64,000 nt of DNA. Origin: Octopus vulgaris (Eukaryota). Numbering within the stretch: the first letter of the stretch is position 1; the number at the start of each line of letters is the position of its first letter. The stretch covers positions 66,030,001-66,094,000 of the forward strand of contig OX597832.1 of the NCBI GenBank assembly GCA_951406725.2, given 5' to 3'. Of the stretch, positions 1-11,387 are shown one piece after another. The position numbers were made by a program, and so were the translations under genes. The notes beneath the pieces were generated by a model. That model did not search any database and was not told where the DNA came from. It saw nothing but the letters and a program-made list of their open reading frames with translations.

Positions 1-695
1 ACTATCCTTGCAGCGGCTACCATATTTGGTGGCTTTTGTTGTTGTCGTTAGTGTTGCTGTTGGTAGCTCTTTTTTTCCTGTCTCTTATAGAACTGTCATC
101 GTTGCGTTTGATGCCCTTATTGTTTATGCCGCTGTTGCTGTTGTTGCTGCAGTCGTTGTCTTCTTATTGTTCTTACTAATGTCACAGTGGTCGTTGGTCA
201 AATCGCTATCCCCGCCTCCATTATTATTGCCCATTCCTGCTGCTGCTGATGTTGTTGTTATTGTTGCTATTGTTCTGCCTGTTCTTACATTGAATCTTTC
301 CTTCTTTTCATTGTTATTATAGCTGTTGCCGTAAATAGTGTTTTTCATATTGTCGCTACATTTGCTGTTATTTCTTGCATGTCAAGCTGCTGTTAATGTT
401 GGTGCTGTGGTTATTGGAGTTTAAAGTCTAACTGGTTAGACATTTTCATTTTATTTCCTGAAGCCAATGTTTCATTTCTATTATATATTCTTGCGATTTC
501 ACAATAATATACTTGACACTTAAAACATATATCGTATTTCAGTTTAACCGTGGAGTTGTTCTTGGGATTGTAGTTATGGTAGTTATAGTAGTGGTAGATG
601 TGACATTAAGGCTGTAGTTGTGTAGGAAGTGCAGTAGTAGCGGAGACGGTGATTACAATGAAACCACTTCATTGCTTGCTAATGATATATTTATT

Positions 696-893
696 ACGGA
701 GATGTACTTGCATAGCAAGTGACCTGATCTGAGATCGTGTGCAGGAACGAAAACAATTGCAGCATGGAAGGTGTTTATAAGCCATTTAAGAAACACACAA
801 AAACCGTTAGATTCACTTCAAAATTCAAATTTACTTTGCCAAAATATTTTCGTCGCTTTGAGACCGCGACCTGTTCAATGACAAATTTCCATG
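696..893 (-). mobile_element. Short dispersed non-autonomous repeat (family B) carrying an HHR-like fold
   Basis: Aligns by eye along its length with 19502-19700 (acggagatgtact.gcatag ... gaaggtgtttataagc.atttaagaaacacacaaaa ... aaaatattttcgtcgc ... gcgacctgttca.tgacaaa). Confidence 0.8.
835..885 (-). ncRNA. Hammerhead-like motif, type I minimal, probably mutated core (UUGAACA)
   Basis: Minus strand: uuuguca-UUGAACA-G-gucgc[ggucucaaa]gcgac-GAAA-auau-UU-uggcaaa. Stems I and II pair, but positions 3 and 8 are a U-C mismatch. Confidence 0.5.
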
Positions 894-1191
894 TAATGGT
901 AAACTCTTAATAGTGAAATAACTGTTTCATCGTGAATATTTTATAATGAATGCGTATGTAATGGAAGGATATTTGTGTGTTTGTGTTTGTGAGCGTGTTT
1001 GTGCGCGCGTGTATTTGTACGTGTGTGTGTGTGTGTGTGTGTTTATTGATGCATGTATGTATGTATATATTTACGTTTATATATATATATAATTTGATAG
1101 AAAGAAAGAACGAAAGAAAGATAGATAGATAAATAAATAAAAGATAGATAGATGGATGGATGTATAGATAGAGAGATATGCATGTATCACA

Positions 1192-1366
1192 TAAGAAGAA
1201 GAAGAAGGAGAAGAAGAAGAAGAAGAAGAAGAAGAAGAAGGAGAAGAAGAAGAAGAAGAAGAAGAAGAAGAAGAAGAAGAAGAAGAAGAAGAAGAAGAAG
1301 AAGAAGAAGAAGAAGAAGAAGAAGAAGAAGAAGAAGAAGAAGAAGAAGAAGAAGAAGAAGAAGAAG
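1192..1366. repeat. (AAG)n microsatellite, about 58 units
   Basis: Near-perfect trinucleotide run; explains the poly-K/R/S/L ORFs. Confidence 0.98.
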
Positions 1367-1411
1367 CCTCAAATGCGGTCAAAATGAAATTGCCTCCTGC
1401 TAAAGCAGATA

Positions 1412-2197
1412 GTAGCAGTAACCGCTTCCCAAGATATCACATCGGTTAACGTGATCTTACACAAAGAGTAAAGAAATGTGATGGGAGTGTGATACAGGAG
1501 GTGTTCTTTGATCATAGGCCACCTCCTCTACACGAAGGATTTATTCTGTTCATTGTAAATTTTGTATACTTATTGGAATTTCATATTGTAGACTATTACT
1601 ATTATACGAACAAATCCTATTAAATAATTAATTATCTTCAAAGACATTTAACATGTTTTGTTTAATAACAAGTCAACGAATTCGCCCGTCGCTCTAACTT
1701 TGTCTCTTTATATTGACCGCCTCATACAATAAATGCCAAACAATATTGAGTGTGTATTCTGTTTCCTTTATTCTACATCGTTATGTCAGTTGCTGCTGGG
1801 TGTGAATTTATAATTGTTCTCACTAGCCTTGATGGCCGAAGGACTGGACATGTATAGGAAGCAAATTAATCATTTCTATACATCTGTATATCTTGTAGTT
1901 GAGCGCAACAACAACAAAAAAAGCGTAATTGTGTTCACTCCCACTACTACTCATAGAGGTGTCATTTTCATCGGTTCATGAGTTACCATGGTCCTAAATG
2001 TGATGGGTACAGTTAGTATAGTTCTAATAGAATTGTCTAAAAAAAACATGGACTGTGTACAGATGGGGAGTCATTTATCATACATGTACTTATTTCAACG
2101 TTATTTCTGACTGAAAACCAAGAATATGGAAAGTGGCGTTAATACCAGTAGCAACCACGTTAACCGATGTGATATCTTGAGAGGCGGTTACTGATAC
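1412..2197. repeat. 42-bp inverted repeat pair (1412-1453 / 2156-2197)
   Basis: gtagcagtaaccgcttcccaagatatcacatcggttaacgtg versus cacgttaaccgatgtgatatcttgagaggcggttactgatac, 3 mismatches. Confidence 0.85.
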
Positions 2198-2223
2198 ATA
2201 TATGAAAATATAACTGCATATAA

Positions 2224-2263
<40 letters not shown>

Positions 2264-2381
2264 CTATATAAAAAAATATAACTGTATATATATATATATA
2301 TATATATATACAAATATATGTCTGCATGTGTGTATATATATATATATTTATATACATACACATGTATATATAAAGATATAA

Positions 2382-2457
<76 letters not shown>

Positions 2458-2496
2458 ATCAAATGAAATAAATGAAAAACAGGATACAGAGGATGT

Positions 2497-2591
2497 TGCG
2501 GTACATATGTTTCGAGCTTTATAGAACAACTTATTCTTACATCAGTGTATAATCGACATAACAGATAGTTCAAAAGCCCTCTTCAGCTGCA
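2497..2591 (-). ncRNA. Hammerhead ribozyme motif with long stem II (left arm)
   Basis: ugcag-CUGAAGA-gggcuuuugaac...guucuauaaagcuc-GAAA-cauaug-UA-ccgca. Canonical core, palindromic stem III, stem I 4/5 bp. Confidence 0.65.
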
Positions 2592-3087
2592 TGCAATTGC
2601 TACACCAAAGACCTGTATCACATTATAAAAGGTTTGAGAAAAAACATTTGGTATTGTTTATAATGGTCGGTAAACCGAGTATCATTGGGAAAGTATGTTT
2701 GTAAATCTTCACAGGCGTACATGGTATTATTAGACTCCAAAACTTTTTATGATATTTTATATTTTATTATCCTTTATAATTATATTTATATATATATATA
2801 TATTGTCATCCCGACCTCATTAACATGTCCTCCCCTTCCCCTCCTTTCTCCTTTTTCTCTTTCTCTCAACATCCAATTCCTTCCCTTACATGAAGTAATC
2901 TACCCAGTATTCATTCTATATCGTATAGACGATTTGTTTTGGAGTCTAATAATACCATGTACGCCTGTGAAGATTTACAAACATACTTTCCCAATGATAC
3001 TCGGTTTACCGACCATTATAAAAAATACCAAATGTTTTTTCTCATACCTTTTATAATGTGATACAAGTCTTTGGTATAGCAATTGCC

Positions 3088-3182
3088 TGCTGCTGAAGAG
3101 GGCTTTTGAACTATCTGTTATGTCGATTATGCACTGATGTAAGAATAAGTTGTTCTATAAAGCTCGAAACATATGTACCACA
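3088..3182 (+). ncRNA. Hammerhead ribozyme motif with long stem II (right arm, stem I degraded)
   Basis: ugcug-CUGAAGA-gggcuuuu...aaagcuc-GAAA-cauaug-UA-ccaca. Confidence 0.5.
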
Positions 3183-3309
3183 ACATCCTCTGTACCTGTT
3201 TTTCATTTATTTAATTTGATACATATATTCTCTCACCTATGCCACTAACTGGCATAAATAAGGTGCTTACATTTATCAAGTATTCACCCTGAATTTATAT
3301 ATATATATA

Positions 3310-3513
3310 CTTAATCCAAACATAAAAACACAAAGAGAAAACACAACAACACGAGGACGTGGAACAAGTATAGTATTATTGGACGCTCAGGAAAGAAGGA
3401 AACAAGGATGGCTTAACGTTTCGAGCGGAGCTCTTCGTCAGAAACATAGGAAAAGGAAAGATCCAAAGAAGGGAAAGAAGGAGGAAAAAATCGCCAACGG
3501 TACACACGCGGTC
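3310..3513 (-). mobile_element. Short dispersed repeat (family A) with minimal HHR, flanked by (TA)n
   Basis: The first ~70 bp recur at 19435-19500; similar architecture at 24375-24630 and 27240-27420. Confidence 0.75.
3408..3447 (-). ncRNA. Minimal type I hammerhead ribozyme, canonical core
   Basis: auguuu-CUGACGA-A-gagc[ucc]gcuc-GAAA-cg-UU-aagccau. All core nucleotides are present and stem III is the palindrome ACGU. Confidence 0.7.
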
Positions 3514-3536
3514 ATATATCCCTTCATCGGAGACGG

Positions 3537-3595
<59 letters not shown>

Positions 3596-3830
3596 TATAT
3601 AACACCGTCTCCGATGAAGGGATATATCAGCATGTGTATATAGAAAAAACAAAATTCAGAATGAAATAAAAATCCAAGGGTGTGGAAGATTTTAGAACAT
3701 TTATAAAATAGGTCTTACAGCTGTTTCCGGGATGTAAGACCTATTTTATAAATGTTCTAAAATATTCCACTCCCTTGGATTTTTATTTCATTCTCAATTT
3801 TGTTTTTTATATATACACATGCTGATATAT
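3514..3830. repeat. Two abutting palindromes (3514-3540/3601-3627 around (TA)n; 3622-3719/3733-3830)
   Basis: atatatcccttcatcggagacggtgtt ... aacaccgtctccgatgaagggatatat, then ~98-bp arms around a 13-nt spacer gctgtttccggga. Confidence 0.92.
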
Positions 3831-4029
3831 GACGTACGTTGATCTCCTCATTCGCATAATCACCGAAACTGGAGCTTAACTATATCTGTCCATAGCACTT
3901 TACTCAGCATTACCTGACACCTTTGGGTCTTATTAACACCATTACCTCTTATAACCTCTATAACTATATAACTATATCTATAGTTATAACTATATCTAAA
4001 ATAAGCGGAAAGAAATTCTGGGAGAGTGT

Positions 4030-4540
4030 AACAGCAGGTGGTCCTCAGAAGAGAAACCCCTTTTAGGCAAATGTTTCGGTCTTTATCTCCTGACATTCTA
4101 GTTAGGCCACATCCGTGTCATAACTCCCGGATTTCTACCTGCTGTCCGTTTTAGTACGCCTTATGTGGGATTGGTTTCTCTGATTTCTAGTACTACTGTG
4201 ACGAGTTCTACGGCCCTGAGAATGGCTAATTCCCCGTTGAATTGGGGGAATTAAACCTTATGTTGTTGGCCTTTGTTCTTCCTAGACCAGATCCAACTTG
4301 AGGCCTTCTCCGCCTCTCCCATGGCCCTCAAGGCTCTAGTCTTGAGATGGACAGCTGTTTCATGAGGCTGTAGGCAGATGTGCCTACAAATCCCCTGTCG
4401 CCAAACTCGACTGCGGAGACTTTGGTTTTGTATCCAGTGTCTCTCGAGTCTCTGACCAATTCGGCGTACTTTCCTGTCTTGTTGACATGGGCATCTTCAC
4501 TCCTGGTTTTGTAAGGCACAGTTAGTTCGATCAGAAGGAT
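4030..4540 (-). mobile_element. 3' fragment of a HERO-type (R2 superfamily) non-LTR retrotransposon, restriction-like endonuclease end plus 3' UTR
   Basis: Minus translation ILLIELTVPYKTRSEDAHVNKTGKYAELV..GYKTKVSAVEFGDRGFVG, then after a frameshift AMGEAEKASSWIWSRK, matching the ELTVP/K..KY/EVG.RG/AEKAS.W.W pattern. Confidence 0.8.
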
Positions 4541-7500
4541 TTATATCTATATAAACATATATATTTATATATGTGTGTGTGTGTATGTGTGTGTACAAAT
4601 TTATATATAGCGATACGTAGGAAGTATTATCACACATAGTTATAAACGAACATTATTATAACGAAATATATGAGTGATTGCGCGTGCTACTTCAATGTTT
4701 CCCTTATTTGAATTGTAAATTTATATTAATTACAATAATTAATATTTAGAATTTCATGCATATTCAAGTGAAATGTATTTGATTAATATTTATAAAATTG
4801 AATGTGATTATTTCCTCTCAAAGTTAGTACGTTGACACTATAACTGTTGTTATGTTGTCACATCCACGTATATGTAGGCTTCATATGTGGGTGTTTGTAG
4901 TTTCTGTGTTAATATATTTTCTTTTCGTATACAAGCGTTGGCTGAGAAATTGCTTGTCTATTAATTCTAAAAATATCTCCTCGTGGAGAATATTCTAAAA
5001 GAACAATATGGTATTGTTGGTCCAACTCTTAATTCACGGTGTTGCTTTTGGCAGTAACTGTGTACAACTAACTTTGACGATATTATAATGCATTGTTATA
5101 TCGCGCTTTACTATCATAGATCTTTCTGCTAAGAGAGACTTTATCGATCCTTGTACAGAGCATGGAATTAGCCTTAGATACAATAAGGAGGCGGTAATAA
5201 TACTTATTTATATATTTAACTTTATCAAAGAGTTTTTTTAAGGTCTGCAGATATTACTATCTAAATCGAAAGTGATATTGAAGAAGTTAATTATGCTATC
5301 ATTTCGTATTTATTTTGAATTTCATTTCTAGGTATTTAATGAGTTCAGAATGTTTTCAGTGCATGTTCTTCAGGTGAGTAGTTACTATTAATATTTTCGT
5401 TTCTGTATAGGCTGTCAGTAGTTACTATTAACTCTTTTCAGTATTGGCCAATCTCTGAGACATGCTCAGATATATTTGCCCGGCTGCACTCCTGGGTGCG
5501 TTTATATTACATATAGTGTTAGATTCCTTCACGAAGTTAGCGTCCTTATCATTCAGAAAATTATTCTTCATCTAATATGTGATAATGTCTAAGGAAATGT
5601 CCTTTATATCCCAACAGAATTATGTTTAATAATTAAAAAGTCAAGTCGTTATGTATTTTAGAAGTAAACAATATTAGATTGAGCAAATCTCGAATAAACC
5701 TTATCTGAAATCTTAAATCACCCGATAACTGTGTTATTGTAAGTTCACTCTTATAAACACGTCAATTCCCTATGTCTATTGATTATCTCCCTTACAAACC
5801 ATCTGCTAAGTAGCTTCTTTTTTAAAGATAGATATATTAGTCCAGAAAGATGGGTTTATTTGAAAGCCGTATTAGGGATTCTTAAGCATCAGATAATCCA
5901 CACGTTTTAATGTGCGTCCAAACGTTTTATCTAGTCTTAGCGACTTAATGCACAAAATAGGCTTTAGTAATAATATTGCCTTGATTTGTATGGCATGTTT
6001 GATACATTTTATTCATATTACCATCACTCTTTTTATCTGTATTCCATGAGCTCCTTCTCATATAGTCTATTACTGTTATGTTATATGCAATTTCCTGAAT
6101 ATTATTTCAATTTCTCTGGAATGAGTTTGTGTACTAACACATATCTCATAAGTAGTTTAGTCTCTCGCATCTGTTTCAAAAACCTCCACGTCTATGATTA
6201 CGTATCGATTTTGTTATTTCCCGTGTTCGATAGTGGCGTGGTATTATTCGTGTGTAAGAAAGAAGAGATCCATCTCGTGTGTTGCACATCGTTCTGTACA
6301 CAACACAAAGTTCTCAAGTAATATTTATTCGAAGCAATTGATGTATTTCAAGGAAAAGTCCAAGAAGAAACGTTCCCTACTAGTGTTGTATGTCTTCCTT
6401 ATGAAGAATTCTCACCTAGACTTGTTGTATAGCCAACCAACCAGTTTAGTGATGGCTATGAATTGCATTAGTGCTATCGCTTAAGATTTTTATATTCTAC
6501 ACTGCTTATGAACAATCGAAAACATAAAGTAAATATAGAACACAACAGTGCGTAGAATACATACACCATAAACTGCACAGAGTTTGTTGGTAAGTCAACT
6601 GCAGCCATTGAAATGCATCGAAACCCTATATGTGTAATTTGTGATAAACATTACTGAAAGCGCAAGTTTTATAAGTTCATATAAAACAGATAGTTTCTGT
6701 GAAGTATCCCTTCATTTGCAAATCGGAAACTTAATCTATGTCGTTAAATGTAACAGGAATCATGAATTAAAAAGGTCAAGCAGATTATATGAAGAAACGA
6801 ATTACTTTTATCGTTAAAAGTACTCGAGACCAGTATCATGCAACTATGTTAGTAAACATTTTAAACTGCGTACAGTAAATAGATATTCGATACACTATGT
6901 GCTGATGTGTGGATTCCTCAACAAATTGATATAACTGTTTAATACTTGGTAAAAGTAAAAGAAATATTAAAGCAATTGTCAGTGTCGTATTTTCATATCC
7001 AAGTACTCTGTCATTGTGATAATTTAGCAATTTGATAGAGAAGAATTTACTAAATCGAAATAATTCCTCGAAGTGATGTAATGAACGGCAATTTACATAT
7101 TTCCTATTCAGCGATACAATGATATCTGTTATACCAACGACACGGCCTAGCTCAATGCCCGCAAGAATCACATTACTATTGCTATATTCGTTATATTTTC
7201 TATTTCATAACCGTCCCTTTCTCAATTTTCTAGCGCATTATATAAAGCTCTTCTCCACACGTAGTAGAGATTAACATCTTTTCTATGTTCTATTTGCGTG
7301 ATTTAGCTGCACCGCATGATCTTTGATGAGCTTTAGCAAAGTTCAAGTCTGTTTTAAGATTTTGAACATGGCCTTGAGTCCTTGGATATCTTCAAGCAAT
7401 TTATATGTAATATAAATGTTAGATGTAAAAAGAAAATACCCTTAATATGTTCAGGTCATATTGGATGAATTGAAACAAAAGAATTGGATTATTTTATTCT

Positions 7501-7930
7501 TTTGAAATGATTAAGGCCAGTTGAGGGTTTGGGGTTAACTTAATTTTTTCCCACGCGTTAGTTTGTGAGGATCTGAAAAATATTTCTGCGTGCGTATGTG
7601 TGTTTCTGTCTTCGTGTATGTGAGTCTATGCATAAGTTGGTGTATATGGCTTGTCCGTGTAAGCCTGCACACATCTTTAAAACCAATGTCTTGTTTGAAA
7701 TTTAGAGCCAAAGGTAAGTTAACGAGCAAAGCTTCTATATATAAAATTACCAAGTCATATAATAAAAATTTCCAATTGCCAACGAAATTTAAAACCTTTC
7801 GTAAATGGAATGGTCGAAAACTGCGGCCATATATTTATCAACTCTGAGAAGGCAACAGCTTCGATGCTACTTCTTCGTCTGTTTTTGCTAAACGATTTTT
7901 ATTGTTTTTCTCCTAATTCTCTCCCTTTCA

Positions 7931-7971
<41 letters not shown>

Positions 7972-8949
7972 TTTCAATCCTCTCTCTCTCTTCCTAACTT
8001 AATTCTTTTCTCTCCCTCTCTAAATCTCTAACTCTTGCCTCCCGCCAGTTTAAAGTGCTTTGTTAAATATAAACGCATCCGTGTCATTGCGCAGTTTGTG
8101 TATTGCATTTCACCAGAATGGTTTCTCATTTACTTAAAAATCAATTGTTACATGCTTATTGCAGCTTAACGTTTTCGTGCAGTGAAGAGATTACAGTTTA
8201 ATGGTGAGAATTTCAGGCAGACCTACATTATATCAAAGTAGTCCGCTTGTGAGAACTCGTTAACTACGAGACATAATCAGACACATACACCTCAAGTCAC
8301 AAGAAAATGTGTTTATTTATGTGTGTAAATATCAGTATATATATATATGATCAGACAGGCCGACTCCAAAGCACACACGCTGTGTATATATAAAATGTTA
8401 TGCAGACACACACGCATATATAACGTATTTACAAAGTACTTGTATTAAGTATATATATATATATTGGTGTGTGTGTGTGTGTATACAGACACAAAAACAC
8501 ACATACACAGACATACCTATATCTACATCCACATCCACACAATCACGCACATGCATACACACTCATGTACACACATATATTCGGCAAGTGGATATGTACA
8601 CAATCACACACACACACACGTATATTTGCTATTTCGTGTACGGTATCCCAAATCATAATTATTGCACTTCTTAACTACTGCTGTTCTCGCATTCTGAAAA
8701 TCTATAAATATTTCCACAGCTAACACATTATCCTTGATTAAATATTGCACTCCACCACATTTAAACATTTTTTTTTAAAGTTTGCCACGTCTTCTGCCTG
8801 GTCAACGTTCTCCAATATATAGTCATTGAAATATAAATATCTACATCTTTAGATTCTGGGTCATTGTAGTCATATGACTCCAACGACCCTAAATAAATCA
8901 GAGAGACGATTAAGGGAAACGAACTGGTGCCCACGCCTACCATATAGTT

Positions 8950-9124
8950 CAGTGGTCCCCAAATTTCTTAAACCATCGACCCTTTCATAGAATCCTTGAC
9001 CGCTCATTGACCTCCAGGCATGTACAAGAAAATAAAAAGTAATAATAATAGATGTGCATTAATTTACCCCTTGAATCGTCCTAATCGTCCTAGGGTTCGA
9101 TATCTACCACTTTCGAGACCCGAG
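8950..9124. mobile_element. hAT/Charlie-type MITE
   Basis: Starts cagtggtccccaaa and ends in the degenerate TIR tttcgagacccgag. Flanked by an 8-bp TSD atatagtt / atatagtc (7/8). Confidence 0.65.
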
Positions 9125-9234
9125 ATATAGTCCATCCTAATCTAATTCCCTCGGATAATTATTTGTTCTCTGACAATTAACAGTTCTGTTCATGGCTCCC
9201 TTTCAGCGCCACCGAAATTTGACCAACAAAGTAT

Positions 9235-9360
9235 AGGTGGAACTTTCAGTGAAGATGCTCTTCCCCCACAAAGCAAGAACTGGTATCAGCGTGGGGTCAA
9301 AGACTTGGTAGGGAGGTGGCTTCAGACCGAGTAATACAAAAGTGTCAGATCTGAATGATA
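9235..9360 (+). mobile_element. mariner transposase C-terminal remnant
   Basis: KNWYQRGVKDLVGRWLQT resembles the mariner FY.RGI..L..RW terminus. Confidence 0.45.
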
Positions 9361-9919
9361 GGTAGCTTGTTTTATCATTCTTTTTTTATGTCAGATGAAG
9401 AATAAAATTTATAAATATAAATTAATAATTTTAATTTTAAATTTTAATAATTTAAATTTTTAGATTTGATATTTTATATATTTTGTATATTATATTAATT
9501 ATTTTTATTTTTTTGTTTTGGTTTATGTTTTTCACTGTTTGATTTGCCTTATAGTGGTTTTATCTCTGATTTAATTTGTATATATATATATATATAATAT
9601 ACGATAAAATTTTCAAAACAAAGTTAGCAGTGGTCAGGCCAGCATATTAAAAAGTACCTTTTAAAGTGAAAATTATAAGCAACTTATAAATAAAGGCAAC
9701 AGAGTAAGAATTCCAATGCCAAATATGCCGAGAATAGATTTTAAATCCTCAATAACCACATATAATTCATCACTATAATTATGCGTGCGTATAGTGATGA
9801 ATTATATGTGGTTATTGACGATTTAAATATTATATATGTGTGAGTGTGTAAGAAGAGGAATACACACGCACACACACACATATAAATATGACTGTGTGTG
9901 TACATGTATATTATTTTAT

Positions 9920-10015
9920 TTGTTTCAGTCATTTGACTACTGGCATGCTGGATCACGGCCATTAGTCGAATAAATCGACTCCAGGACCCATTCTTTGTAA
10001 TCTCAGTACTTATTC
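9920..10015 (-). mobile_element. SINE 3' fragment
   Basis: atcgactccagg...agtacttattc resembles the reverse complement of the aataagtac...gggtcgat core of 33783-33993. Confidence 0.45.
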
Positions 10016-10035
10016 AAACACAAACACAAACACAA

Positions 10036-10066
<31 letters not shown>

Positions 10067-10107
10067 CGCACACACCCAAACACACACACGCACACACACA
10101 TATATAT

Positions 10108-10136
10108 ACTAGCTGAATAGCCCCTAGTTTCCGGGA
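10108..10136 (-). mobile_element. Helitron-like 3' terminus
   Basis: Minus strand cccggaaactagggg hairpin remnant followed by ttcagCTAG|t; 5' extent uncertain (possibly ~11345). Confidence 0.4.
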
Positions 10137-11341
10137 AAATTTTTACATTAGAATGTCCTACACATTCTTTATGTTATTCCCTGTCAGACCATGCCTTTCC
10201 CGATATATGGACATCTTGCCCATTTGTGCAATTTTTGTTCTTTTAAATTTATTTACATATCTTTTCGACTGTTCCACAGGAATTTATTCATTAAATTCAT
10301 TAAAACATCAGAAGGTCTTACAACTTTGGTCGTCGTAATGATTTGCTTTCGTTTATTTGATAACAATTTTCCTCGTAATGAATTTGCCTTCATTTTGTGA
10401 TAGACAGCTCTCATGCAGAAAATGACTGCTTCAAAATTCTGTTTCCTGATTAGGCAAAATTGAATAAATTTTAAATCTCAGTAACACTTTTCTGCAATTA
10501 TTTGTGGAACAAATAAAAAAAAAACGGATTTAACGTCCGATAATTATTTGAATATGAAAAATATTAAAATCTTGGCGTAGTTTTAAACTTTCACAATATG
10601 TAATAGCAACAGGGAAGACTACATAAATACAGAGACAGACGGTTAGAGGATGTGACACACATGCGCGCGCACACACACATGGATACGCACAAATACACAC
10701 AAACACACACACAAGCACACTCAAACACACATACACCCACTGTAACAATTGCACACACACACATTTACAAACGTACACAAAGTTATCACGATTAAAAATC
10801 ATGTATAGTAAACACATGTATGTTTGTACATATGTAGGTATATATGTATATATATATATCAGAAAATTATCTACCCCATTTCTCCTTAAAGATACGTATT
10901 TATCACACCCAGCTGTCTTTCCCTTCCTCGGCGTTTTAAAAGGTGCTTTTAAAAGATACTTGTGTATGTGTGTGTGTGTGTGGTGTTTGTATCCATGTAA
11001 CTATGTATTTACGAAAGTATGTATGCAACATCACGTGTAAATGACAGTTGTATTAACGTGACCTTTCCGTTGCCACTTCATATTTGTCGTTTACACAAGG
11101 CTGCTCTCCCCTTCCCTGAAATCGGTCGCATTCACTTTGCCCCAAATTTCCCTCAAACTAACACTCTTGCACCCTTCTCATTTATCATATAATAGCCCAA
11201 ACACACTACGGGGCCCATTATATATTTTCATTGAAATTTAATTAGCCTATAATCAAACTGGATGTTAGTTTAGCATGTGTGCAATGATCTGTGAAATTTT
11301 GATTCATTGTTATGGTCAGCAAGATGGTAACAGTCAGACAG

Positions 11342-11387
<46 letters not shown>

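Larger units (their letters stand above)
2456..3222. mobile_element. About 290-bp inverted duplication (2456-2743 / 2936-3222), probably a PLE-derived terminal segment
   Basis: The arms are near-identical reverse complements and each has an HHR fold. The spacer edge translates as YR-IDDLF, resembling the PLE RT RYIDDIF motif (weak evidence). Confidence 0.8.

Noticed and set aside
8-700. ORFs 8-322 (+) and 124-348 (-), V/A-rich or T/N-rich
   Set aside because: Decayed (GTT/GCT/GTA)n low-complexity sequence; no domain motif or supportable splice structure.
4040-4085. GAAA...CUGAGGA on the minus strand in the HERO-like 3' UTR, suggestive of a type II hammerhead
   Set aside because: Stem II strands (agacc / ccacc) do not pair and stem III is unsupported.
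5331-5373. Possible micro-exon (ttctag...cag|gtgagt), and a lone donor cag|gtaagt at about 61792
   Set aside because: Such splice-like strings are expected by chance in 64 kb; no coherent reading frame or transcript data.
5000-6800. Possible ancient hAT transposase traces (also near 32000-32500 and 51640-51900)
   Set aside because: Only scattered short resemblances such as PICVICDK across many frameshifts; needs TBLASTN or HMM evidence.
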